The notes below the pieces were generated by a model. That model ran no database searches, was not told the DNA's origin, and saw nothing but the letters and a program-made list of their open reading frames with translations. DNA of 34,943 bases from the IMG/VR virus record IMGVR_UViG_3300021121_000016, positions 1-34,943 of that record. One strand, written 5' to 3'. Numbering within the stretch: position 1 is the first letter of the stretch; each line of letters opens with the position of its first letter. The DNA is from a virus (lineage: Duplodnaviria > Caudoviricetes). Below, in pieces: positions 10,161-18,464 of this stretch. Made by a program: the position numbers and the translations under genes.

Positions 10161-11801
10161 TTACATTACCTTCAATTCCGGTTTACTTTTTTCTTTAGGA
10201 GCAGGTTGCTTACTTTCTTTAGCACTCTGTTGTTTTTCTTCCAAAGTTTTCAAGCGTTCTTTGAGTAATTGTTTCATTGGTGGCTCTAGTAAGTCAAGCA
10301 AAGATTCTTTATCAATTGCTTGTGCCTTGTATAAACTAAATGCCAAATTCCGCATATCTTCCATAAAGATGGGGGAATTACTATGTGCATCTACTTTTAC
10401 CGCATAATCTCTTGTAAATTGTTCGGCAATAAACGGCATATTCTGCTTATCATTTTCTGTCTTGAAGTGTGTGTTGTCATACACCGCCATGAGCTTTAAA
10501 TATAAAGTAGCTACTTTTTCCAAACTATCTTCAACAATTAAAGCACGTTTTTTTGCTCTTGAGCTACCAAGTCTTGCAAGTTGTGAGGCATGACCTGTAC
10601 TACGTACACCGGACTCGCCCTTACCTGCTAAGACGTTTGTGATTCCAGATACTTCTTCAAACATTGCATCAATTCTATCTAACTCACTAAACAAGTCTGC
10701 CGGCATTTGTGGTGCTAATTTATCGACTTTAGCGTTAGGCATATCACTTGATAAGAAAGAACCGGCACGGTTAAGCGCAAAGTTCTTTTCATCCATGATG
10801 CCGGAGAAGCCACTAATCATCATTGGAGGATTCACTTGTTTGGCAAGGAGTTGTGTTATCTCACTGAAGCGTTTATTACGTGCTTCTTGCAACAATATCA
10901 TGCGTTGTACTTCACTCTGTCCCCAGTAATAATCATACTGAGGATTAGGACATATTTGTACAAAAGGTAACTCACCCTTGAGGAATACTTTTTCACCGGG
11001 TCTATCATAAATAATGACATCTGGATTGGCACAAGTAACGACTTGATAATCACAGGTTTCATCATTCCAGAGCCACAACTCTTTCATCTCAATGGTATCT
11101 TCAGCAACTTTAGCCTTGTACTTGTTGTACTGACCTAGGTTCATGTTGACGTTACCAACCATGTTGACTTGAGATTGAGAAAGAATAACGCTCAGTCCAT
11201 CCGGTACTTCATTATGAATTTGTTGTGCATAAGAAGCATTAACTCTGTTGACTATCTGTTCTCTTTTTGGATGGTCGTACAGTCTGGCATACAGCTCTGA
11301 CTTAGTGATGTAGTAGGTGTGGACCAGTGCTTCTTGTCTTGATGTGTACGGTACATCTTCTCGCAAAACCCCGATACTGCTTGGCTCAATCATAAAGGGT
11401 TGAATCCCTTTGTTGTAGATGAGCTTAATAAAGGTAGTGTTGTAGACCAATGCCCATGTGAGGGCGGTAGAAAACACTTGGTCAGCGTTGGAATTTAACC
11501 ACTCATCATTTAATGCTTGTGTGAGCTTTGGTACTTTGAATTGTTCTCGGTCATCAACAGAAGCACCAAGATTAATACTAAACCGTGTCGTTTCGGATGA
11601 GTAGAGGAAAGAGGTGAGCTGGTCAATGTGTGGATGAATCTTGTTAAAAACGGCAGGAGATTCTTCCTCTGAGTTACCAAACAGATAATAGGAGCGCAAG
11701 TTTGAGTAGTCGGTTCTACGTTCATCACTTGAGACTTGACACTTGCGTATCAGGTCTTTGTAGAAAAACTCCCGGTCATCTGGGTTTGGTGGAATTATCA
11801 T
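10161..11801 (-). CDS. Portal protein
   Basis: 546 aa between terminase and head genes; 'PFVQ...YYWGQSEV' and 'FEEVSGIT' portal-type motifs. Confidence 0.85.
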   Translation of the reverse strand: MIIPPNPDDREFFYKDLIRKCQVSSDERRTDYSNLRSYYLFGNSEEESPAVFNKIHPHIDQLTSFLYSSETTRFSINLGASVDDREQFKVPKLTQALNDEWLNSNADQVFSTALTWALVYNTTFIKLIYNKGIQPFMIEPSSIGVLREDVPYTSRQEALVHTYYITKSELYARLYDHPKREQIVNRVNASYAQQIHNEVPDGLSVILSQSQVNMVGNVNMNLGQYNKYKAKVAEDTIEMKELWLWNDETCDYQVVTCANPDVIIYDRPGEKVFLKGELPFVQICPNPQYDYYWGQSEVQRMILLQEARNKRFSEITQLLAKQVNPPMMISGFSGIMDEKNFALNRAGSFLSSDMPNAKVDKLAPQMPADLFSELDRIDAMFEEVSGITNVLAGKGESGVRSTGHASQLARLGSSRAKKRALIVEDSLEKVATLYLKLMAVYDNTHFKTENDKQNMPFIAEQFTRDYAVKVDAHSNSPIFMEDMRNLAFSLYKAQAIDKESLLDLLEPPMKQLLKERLKTLEEKQQSAKESKQPAPKEKSKPELKVM

Positions 11802-12292
11802 GTTTTAATCTTCAAATTTTCATGGTCTCGCATGGTTGCTTTAGGGTCTATCACAGGTCCTTTATTAATACCGGCTTGTGATGGAGTTAAACCAACCGCC
11901 TCTCCTTTTACAGATTGTACTGCTCTTCCTGATAATATACTCGCCATATTGAGGTTTTGGAATCCCCCACCCCATACTGCACTGTCACCCGGTCTTGATT
12001 CACGTGGAACATCGGGCATTCGCTCGACTTTATCTTCTTTTGGACCATACTTCGCCAAATAGCCGGCTTGATGTTCACCTTCACGGGTTGACTTAATATC
12101 TGACATCTTAAAGTCAATTGCCAATTGTTTCAAGGTTTTATCGTTCTTTTTTGTCTTATCACTCACCAAACCCGGTGCTTGTAAGAAAACGACCAATACT
12201 TCACCGGCACATTGCTTCATTGGACAAATCGGTTTATACCCCTCAAAGTAACCATGTTCACTGCATTTATAATCGTGTAATACTTTAGCCAT
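11798..12292 (-). CDS. Zinc-ribbon (FmdB-like) N-terminal protein
   Basis: HDYKCSEHG...CPMKQC. Confidence 0.65.
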   Translation of the reverse strand: MAKVLHDYKCSEHGYFEGYKPICPMKQCAGEVLVVFLQAPGLVSDKTKKNDKTLKQLAIDFKMSDIKSTREGEHQAGYLAKYGPKEDKVERMPDVPRESRPGDSAVWGGGFQNLNMASILSGRAVQSVKGEAVGLTPSQAGINKGPVIDPKATMRDHENLKIKT

Positions 12293-12686
12293 TGTTTCCC
12301 CCTAGCTGTTCATCTAAATTCTCTTGCGAATAGTCTGCTGCGTTACGAATACCTATTTTAATTTTAATCTGACCATCTACGACCTGTAAACCGGTGCTAC
12401 GGACATAGTGTGGTTTCGGTTCTTTCCGGTACGTGGCAAACCGTGTATTGTCTCTGTTTTGCATAACAACAATCTCACCCTTTTGGTAGGCACGGTAGGC
12501 TCTTGATACCCTTACCTGTACGTTATAGGTCATTGGATGGAGTTCTTCAATAAACACATCTCTAAAATGTTTAGCACTCATGCCGGCTATGTCAGCAAAG
12601 TTTTCCACTGAAATACCTCTTGCTTTGTCTTTCACAAACCGTTTTATTTCAATCAGTAATTGTCTTTGTGGAATGATGGCATCCAT
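12285..12686 (-). CDS. Putative HTH DNA-binding protein
   Basis: 'ISVENFADIAGMSAKHFRDVF' HTH-like; coupled to TerL. Confidence 0.55.
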   Translation of the reverse strand: MDAIIPQRQLLIEIKRFVKDKARGISVENFADIAGMSAKHFRDVFIEELHPMTYNVQVRVSRAYRAYQKGEIVVMQNRDNTRFATYRKEPKPHYVRSTGLQVVDGQIKIKIGIRNAADYSQENLDEQLGGNNG

Positions 12687-14443
12687 TACGAATACACTCC
12701 GATACGCTTGAGATAGTCTGAGACATTACGACCTACTGCAATTTGTTCTGGTGTGTACTCTTCTTGTTTCTGAGAGATAGACCGTGTAATCCCTTGTTGA
12801 ATGAGTCGTGGTTGTACTTGTTCAGCAAATGCCGCTGCTGCCAACGCTGCCGCTATGACTCTGTCATCTTTGTTACGTCCACTTGCCTCAATACTACCCC
12901 CATCCCGAACAATGGTTTTCATCTCTTCAATTAAATCCAGACTAAGAGTTTGCATCATGTTTCTCTCAAAGAAGTCTTTAAAGTAGGTGAGCATCCTCTC
13001 TTTTGTTGCACTGGTAGTTAACCAACCAATACTGTTACTTGGTCCACCAAGTGTGTCATTACGTCTCCAGATATAGTTGGACATAGACGCATACACATCC
13101 ATCAAATCTTTACCCATCGCTGTTTTCATCGCTGCCGCTTGACGTTTGAGATTACGCATCTCATTGATAACTGCTTGACCCGGACCATTGATTTCAAGGT
13201 TAAGGGTACTGTTCTTGTAAGCTCCTGCTAGGTGGGCAATCACCCAAGCGAATTGATAGGTGTTGAGTTCAGATGTTGCAAACTCCGCTACTTGGTCCAT
13301 ACCGTCTGCATAACACCGAAAGACTTGGATACAGAATCTATCTGCCCAGTCTGAGCTACCGTAGGCTGGGTCTGCACCAATCACATAGAAAGCTGTGTCA
13401 ATTGGCTCTTCCCATACCTTTAAGGTTGAGAGTCTGTCTGTAGATTTAATGACTTGCGTGTCTTGAAAGTTAGCACCGAAAGAATATCGAAAGTGTTGAG
13501 GATGAATCTTCTTTGCCATCTTGATTGCGTCTGTACACCGTGCATTACTAAAGAAACTACTACCGGTCATAATGAAAGCATAGTCCTCTGTTGGAGGAAA
13601 CTCTTGATACATGAGGGCATCATCTTTAATTCCTTCGTAGAGTTTCCATCGCCACCAAGCCATCTGACGAGAATTGATTTCTACGTTGTAAAGTTTCTTA
13701 ATGTCTCTAGTCCACTCTTTTTCTTCAACAGTGAGTTTTCCATCCCAATACGTCTTATATACATTACTTGTTGGGTCTGCAGAGTAAAACTCATTCCTCC
13801 ACCAGCCACAAAAGATAGCTCTCTGTGTCCTTGCACGTTTGGCGGTGACATACATATCATGGAACATATTGAAGCCTCTAGCAGTCGATTCAAAAACAAA
13901 TAGACGCTTTGGATTGTTCTCCGCTAAAGAAGCCAACAAGGAAGCGAGTCCTTCTTCATCTCCCCATGAGGATGTCTCTGTACCATGCAAGTAAGTGATA
14001 CCCTTCCCTCTGCCGAGGGAACCCTTTGCTCTAAGTCCTGCCACCTGATAAAAGAGACGACTCCTGTTCTTCAGAGATAAACCATTTCTGTTATGGGCGA
14101 CCATTGGAATCCGATACGCTTGTGGTAATCCTTCCATATAGTTTGTCAAAGTACCACGGAACATATCTTTATTCTCTTCCGTATCGGTCACTAAAGTACC
14201 TTGTAATCCCGGATGAATGAAGTGCCAATATAAATCTAAGGCTAGAGAAATGGTAGTAATACCCTGTTGTCTACCTTTAAGGATAACAAAGAAGTGAACA
14301 TCATCCGCCAGACCTTTAGCAATCTCATCCATGACGTACGTCTGAGTCCCTAACCTCTTGGTTAACTTCTTCAGACCATCTTCTTTTGTCTCTACCGACA
14401 ACTGGTCACAGAACCGATAGAAGTTATTTAAATTGAAATTCAT
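12686..14443 (-). CDS. terL: Terminase large subunit
   Basis: Walker A-like ILKGRQQGITT, LHGTE, FESTARG; nuclease motifs IGADPA and KDDRV. Confidence 0.92.
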   Translation of the reverse strand: MNFNLNNFYRFCDQLSVETKEDGLKKLTKRLGTQTYVMDEIAKGLADDVHFFVILKGRQQGITTISLALDLYWHFIHPGLQGTLVTDTEENKDMFRGTLTNYMEGLPQAYRIPMVAHNRNGLSLKNRSRLFYQVAGLRAKGSLGRGKGITYLHGTETSSWGDEEGLASLLASLAENNPKRLFVFESTARGFNMFHDMYVTAKRARTQRAIFCGWWRNEFYSADPTSNVYKTYWDGKLTVEEKEWTRDIKKLYNVEINSRQMAWWRWKLYEGIKDDALMYQEFPPTEDYAFIMTGSSFFSNARCTDAIKMAKKIHPQHFRYSFGANFQDTQVIKSTDRLSTLKVWEEPIDTAFYVIGADPAYGSSDWADRFCIQVFRCYADGMDQVAEFATSELNTYQFAWVIAHLAGAYKNSTLNLEINGPGQAVINEMRNLKRQAAAMKTAMGKDLMDVYASMSNYIWRRNDTLGGPSNSIGWLTTSATKERMLTYFKDFFERNMMQTLSLDLIEEMKTIVRDGGSIEASGRNKDDRVIAAALAAAAFAEQVQPRLIQQGITRSISQKQEEYTPEQIAVGRNVSDYLKRIGVYS

Positions 14444-14703
14444 TTTCTTGTACGTTTAAAGTGTTCAACATCCCAATGTGCGATGGCATAACATACCTTC
14501 TTGTTCTTGGCAAAGCGGATTAACTCCTCCACCTTACGCTTACTATACTTTCGTTTCCATTCATCAACAAGCTGATGCTTCTCTTTTGCACTAAAACATC
14601 CCAGCACCTTCTGCATATCCATCTTCAATTCCAAACGGTTATCATGCAATGCCAAATAATCCTCCTCAGTGGCTTGTCTCGCTATCAAACCCCTCTCCAT
14701 CAC
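14440..14703 (-). CDS. Hypothetical protein
   Basis: 87 aa, ATGA overlap with terL. Confidence 0.7.
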   Translation of the reverse strand: MMERGLIARQATEEDYLALHDNRLELKMDMQKVLGCFSAKEKHQLVDEWKRKYSKRKVEELIRFAKNKKVCYAIAHWDVEHFKRTRK

Positions 14704-14908
14704 TATCCCTATTCAAAAGCTCATTCACTCTATCCAACTCATCATACGCAGCCTGTAATAACCTCGCACTCTCCTGATGTACCCGTATCAGTTCAGCAAA
14801 CAACTGATTCCAATTCATCTTCGTACACCGGTCCATATACTGTGCCTTCGCATCATTATCCGCTACCTCCTGTACAAAGTTAATCCTACCCCTTATTCCG
14901 TTCTCCAT
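14666..14908 (-). CDS. Hypothetical helical protein
   Basis: 80 aa, GAGGG RBS. Confidence 0.7.
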   Translation of the reverse strand: MENGIRGRINFVQEVADNDAKAQYMDRCTKMNWNQLFAELIRVHQESARLLQAAYDELDRVNELLNRDSDGEGFDSETSH

Positions 14909-15102
14909 ACCCTCACCCCCTCATTCTCACTTCTTGCTATAAACCTCATCCCTAACTTCTTTCCATATCTATAGTTGTTATTACATACTACAGATAATCC
15001 TAAACCATCTATATAAAAACTATCACCTATCTCCATATCTTTATATGGGTAACTTCTTCTTACCTTGTTATCAGGTATCGGTATATTCTTATTAATCTTC
15101 AT
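14893..15102 (-). CDS. Small phage DNA-binding-type protein (YPxxDMEIGDSF...GVRVWR)
   Basis: GGAGG 8 nt before ATG 15102 gives 69 aa; familiar phage motif. Confidence 0.75.
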   Translation of the reverse strand: MKINKNIPIPDNKVRRSYPYKDMEIGDSFYIDGLGLSVVCNNNYRYGKKLGMRFIARSENEGVRVWRTE

Positions 15103-15499
15103 CTCTATATCCTCCATAAAACCAAATATACCATATTTTTTTTGGGGAGGAGACAGTTGGGGGTCTCGCACCTACTAGTCTCATACCCATCTCTTAGTAT
15201 CCGTCTATCAGTCATACTGTAACGATAGTTTTAGCCTACCCATAACCATATTGGAGCTATATAACATTAATCTAGCTTGATTTATAGCTTAGTTATACGT
15301 TTAACCTAACCCATATATATATTCTCATAGCGGAGATAGTAGCTATATATCCATCGTTTCCTTAAGCCTAATTTCATACCTGATATATAACTTAATAGAT
15401 AACTACTATAAAATTCTATAGACTATCTTATATTACTTATACTATAAGCTAGATGAAACCTATAAGTAGAAAGACTATAAATATATTTGTATTAGACTA

Positions 15500-15529
15500 T
15501 TGTGTTTTATAAAACTTATAGAATATAAT
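15500..15529 (+). promoter_or_regulatory. Candidate early sigma70 promoter
   Basis: TTGTGT, 18-nt spacer, TATAAT, upstream of the first plus-strand gene. Confidence 0.5.
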
Positions 15530-15595
15530 ATATACAGAAACAAAAAACAGTTTCTCATTCAATCAATCAGGTGTATTAACTATAAGGGGTTCAAC

Positions 15596-15745
15596 ATGGA
15601 AACATATCAAACACAAAACGGCTACGAGGTTACTGGGTTACAGCTCGAGTTGTTACGCAGTGAAATACTTATCGCTAGTAATTACAGTATGACAAATGAA
15701 GAGTTGCTGCGAATGATAGATTTATTTAAGTTAGGATTAATTTAA
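15596..15745 (+). CDS. Early hypothetical protein (49 aa)
   Basis: AAGGGG RBS before ATG 15596. Confidence 0.7.
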   Translation: METYQTQNGYEVTGLQLELLRSEILIASNYSMTNEELLRMIDLFKLGLI

Positions 15746-15798
15746 TAGTGTTATCTGTTAGTGGCTCTCATAGGGCTACTAACGGGCTAACATTGGCC
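15746..15798 (+). ncRNA. Structured intergenic RNA element, copy 1
   Basis: 14-bp stem 15755-68/15772-85; TAGTGTTA complementary to TAACATTG. Confidence 0.5.
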
Positions 15799-15830
15799 AT
15801 TTATTAAACATTACATTAGGAGGTTTTACC

Positions 15831-16268
15831 ATGTTACAAATGACAAAAAGAGAGTATTCAAAAAAGCCCAATGATTACCGTTCATACATTGACGGTAAAC
15901 CATATCTAATGACTTTAGATAAAAATACGGGAGGAACAGTTTTAATGCCCGTTGTCTTTAAAAAGAATCCCACTATGGCAACAATAAAGAGTTTTATTAA
16001 AAAGAATGATGGAAAACTGTTTATTAAAAATCTATCTGATTTTGATGGCATGGTTGATTGTGTGATGCCTTGTGATGACAAAGGTTTTAAAGCCGTAAGA
16101 AAGCCAGATGAGGGTTATAACCATGAAAACAAGTTAGGAATACAAGGTGCATGGTTTGTCTTGCATGGTGGTGACAGAGTTTACGAGTATTCAGACGGTT
16201 ATTACGAGGGTTACGAGGTTTATAACTGTTGTGGTAATTTCATTATTGCAGTAGAGGTGATAGCATGA
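15831..16268 (+). CDS. Early hypothetical protein
   Basis: AGGAGG RBS, 145 aa. Confidence 0.85.
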   Translation: MLQMTKREYSKKPNDYRSYIDGKPYLMTLDKNTGGTVLMPVVFKKNPTMATIKSFIKKNDGKLFIKNLSDFDGMVDCVMPCDDKGFKAVRKPDEGYNHENKLGIQGAWFVLHGGDRVYEYSDGYYEGYEVYNCCGNFIIAVEVIA

Positions 16269-16444
16269 TTAAAGAATCTGACATTGTTTATGAGAATGGT
16301 AAGTATTGGATTCTAAAGACCAATAAAGGTTATGAGGTTTTAGAAAATACAATCACTCATTCAATCGTTAAGGGTTACTTTGGCTCTATATTTCTTGATA
16401 GAGCTATTGACTATATCAACAACAATTTAATGTTAAGGGCTTAA
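16265..16444 (+). CDS. Early hypothetical protein (59 aa, MIKESDIVYENGKYW)
   Basis: GAGGTG RBS, ATGA overlap. Confidence 0.75.
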   Translation: MIKESDIVYENGKYWILKTNKGYEVLENTITHSIVKGYFGSIFLDRAIDYINNNLMLRA

Positions 16445-16500
16445 TAGTTATAACTGATAAGAGATTCTAACCAGTCTCTTATCGGATTCTAACTAGAATC
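16445..16500 (+). ncRNA. Structured intergenic RNA element, copy 2
   Basis: 13-bp stem 16454-66/16473-85, then GATTC-TAACTA-GAATC whose loop is complementary to TAGTTA. Confidence 0.5.
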
Positions 16501-16528
16501 ATTATCTAACTTTATAAGGGGTATTACT

Positions 16529-16774
16529 ATGAAAATCAATAACATGGAAGTTTTATCACAAAAATTTGCTTATTGCGGTTGTCATAAAATTTATCTAATA
16601 GAATCATTATCAGATGAAACGCAAGCAATAGCGAGTGGTTATGAGCTGTACCCTATTGAAAATTTGAAAGATGTTTACAAAGATTCTTGTTCATTAAAAT
16701 TTATATCAAATTGGCAATTAAATAAAACGTATGTATCACAATTTGAAAAAGCAAAATTTAGGGGTAAAGCATGA
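16529..16774 (+). CDS. Early hypothetical protein
   Basis: AAGGGG RBS, 81 aa. Confidence 0.8.
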   Translation: MKINNMEVLSQKFAYCGCHKIYLIESLSDETQAIASGYELYPIENLKDVYKDSCSLKFISNWQLNKTYVSQFEKAKFRGKA

Positions 16775-16950
16775 TTAAAAATAAACAATATGAGATAAAT
16801 GGTTCTCAATTCATTTACAAGTATTCCACTTTTAACCATTCTCTTAATCAAATAATGTATTGTTTTTTTCATGTAAATAAACACAATACACATTCAATTT
16901 TAGCGAGTGAATTACACAAATATCCACAATTAAATGAGGTGATAGCATGA
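16771..16950 (+). CDS. Early hypothetical protein (59 aa, MIKNKQYEING)
   Basis: AGGGG RBS, ATGA overlaps at both ends. Confidence 0.7.
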   Translation: MIKNKQYEINGSQFIYKYSTFNHSLNQIMYCFFHVNKHNTHSILASELHKYPQLNEVIA

Positions 16951-17126
16951 TAACAAGAGAATATAACAAACGTAGATATGGTCAGGGCATTGTAGGTTAT
17001 GAACTCAAAATCATCTGGTCAGATGGTAGCGTTGAAATTGAAGATGAGCCGCCAGAACACTTACAAAATGAGATAGAACTTTACTGTGAAGAATATGACC
17101 AATACAGAGAGGAAACATTAGCATGA
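16947..17126 (+). CDS. Early protein with acidic C-terminal half (59 aa, MITREYNKRR)
   Basis: GAGGTG RBS, ATGA overlap. Confidence 0.75.
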   Translation: MITREYNKRRYGQGIVGYELKIIWSDGSVEIEDEPPEHLQNEIELYCEEYDQYREETLA

Positions 17127-17221
17127 AACCAACATTACTTGATTATTTTTTAGCTACTGTGTTTATGACATTTTTAGGTAGCATTTTAGCTATCGTTTAC
17201 ATTTATTCGAAAGGATGGTAA
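17123..17221 (+). CDS. 32-aa single-TM peptide
   Basis: GAGGA RBS; MKPTLLDYFLATVFMTFLGSILAIVYIYSKGW. Confidence 0.7.
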   Translation: MKPTLLDYFLATVFMTFLGSILAIVYIYSKGW

Positions 17222-17223
17222 TC

Positions 17224-17442
17224 ATGGAATATATTATTAAGCAAACTATTGAAGTAATTACTTCTGTAATTGCTGACGATGCGACTCAAGCTCTCAAGAT
17301 GTTAGATAACTTAAATATTGATGATGCTGACCAGATAACCATTATTAATACTGAAATAGAATCTATTGAGGATTATGAAGAGTCTTTAAATGAAATGCCT
17401 CACGAATTTAATACAGAGGGTAAATTTACAATAGAAGCCTAG
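17224..17442 (+). CDS. Highly acidic early protein (72 aa)
   Basis: AAGGA upstream; 18 D/E versus 3 K. Confidence 0.75.
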   Translation: MEYIIKQTIEVITSVIADDATQALKMLDNLNIDDADQITIINTEIESIEDYEESLNEMPHEFNTEGKFTIEA

Positions 17443-17520
17443 AATCAATTTAATACTTTTATGAGGGGTTACTATTACCCCTCTATCATTTTATCAATGT
17501 AGCACTTATTAGGGGGTTTT

Positions 17521-17754
17521 ATGTCGTATATTTTAGAATTTGATAAGAATTTTTACACTAAGAATAGTCTAATGTCTATTGAGAAGGTTAGATATATGTG
17601 TGAATGTAATGGGGAAAACCTATTGCCATTATGCCCAGATTGTAAGACAGTCTTAATTACTGATTCACAAACTAAACATGATTATTATGCTTGGTGTGCA
17701 GATTGTGGACATGATTTTTATGAGAATGAAATTACACATTATGAGGTGAAATGA
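17521..17754 (+). CDS. Zinc-finger protein
   Basis: CPDC...CADC; AGGGGG RBS. Confidence 0.75.
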   Translation: MSYILEFDKNFYTKNSLMSIEKVRYMCECNGENLLPLCPDCKTVLITDSQTKHDYYAWCADCGHDFYENEITHYEVK

Positions 17755-17918
17755 TGCGATTTGAAGATAGAAAAGGAATTAACTTAATCAGTAGTGGTTA
17801 TTCTGGACAATGGAAATATTTAAGAACGACTGATACTAGTAACCTAGAACCTGTACCGATGCCATTTAATCGTTTTCAAATATGGTTAGGCAGATTGTTA
17901 ACCCAGTTAGGTCTGTAA
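17751..17918 (+). CDS. Hypothetical protein (55 aa, MMRFEDRKG)
   Basis: GAGGTG RBS, ATGA overlap. Confidence 0.7.
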   Translation: MMRFEDRKGINLISSGYSGQWKYLRTTDTSNLEPVPMPFNRFQIWLGRLLTQLGL

Positions 17919-17947
17919 TTACCTTACGCACATAACAATTATTTATA

Positions 17948-17976
17948 GGGAGACTTGACAGTCTCTCTTTTTTTTT
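17948..17976 (+). terminator. Intrinsic terminator ending the early operon
   Basis: GGGAGAC-TTGACA-GTCTCTC followed by T9. Confidence 0.8.
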
Positions 17977-17983
17977 GTAGTAT
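17955..17983 (+). promoter_or_regulatory. Sigma70 promoter overlapping the terminator
   Basis: TTGACA, 17-nt spacer, TAGTAT. Confidence 0.7.
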
Positions 17984-17990
17984 TTATCTC

Positions 17991-18157
17991 ATTACGGAAT
18001 CGTAACCCGTTAGTATTCAAAGCCTTTAGAGTATATTTTAAGGGCATAGGAAAGTAAGCCAGTTTATTTTCTTATGCTGTTACGAACTTAAGATATACCC
18101 TAAGGGCTTTTTTTATTACCGAGTTTTCCGTAATCTTCGGGACTTGTAACCCAGTCC
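17991..18157 (+). ncRNA. C4/CI-like antisense RNA with flanking target boxes
   Basis: 23-position stem 18020-42/18087-109, inner 15-bp stem, bulge GTTACGA complementary to TCGTAAC (18000) and TTGTAAC (18144), outer stem 17991-99/18126-34. Confidence 0.65.
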
Positions 18158-18435
18158 GTCCTAACGACATGACACAGTTAATAGGGATAAACAGGTAATC
18201 TATAACCTGATAAACGATGGTGTTAGTCTTTAAAAAAAAGACTCATTTCCCGTATATAACATATAAGGGGTTTGGTTTTTATATGCTTAATTTTCTGTAC
18301 CTGAAGTATGCTTGTATCGTGGTTCTAAGGTCGATGACAACAAAGACGTTCTCTATTTTGAAAAGTAAATAGGGAGTCTAGTCCGTACTTGTATACCCAT
18401 GACTTAAATACAACACACATACATTAAAAAATGTA

Positions 18436-18464
18436 TTGTGTAACTTGATTAAGTAGTGTATTGT
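18436..18464 (+). promoter_or_regulatory. Candidate promoter for the recombination operon
   Basis: TTGTGT, 17-nt spacer, TATTGT. Confidence 0.45.

Noticed and set aside
16454-16500. Hammerhead ribozyme (CTGATAAGA)
   Set aside because: Core is not CUGANGA, there is no GAAA, and these bases sit in a stem
17463-17483. GAGGGGT/ACCCCTC hairpin as a terminator or third copy of the intergenic motif
   Set aside because: No adjacent U-tract, and it lacks the CTG/CGG base and second hairpin; function unassigned
18217-18372. 51-aa ORF MVLVFKKKTHF... inside the non-coding locus
   Set aside because: No RBS, runs through several hairpins, no recognisable motif; not fully excluded
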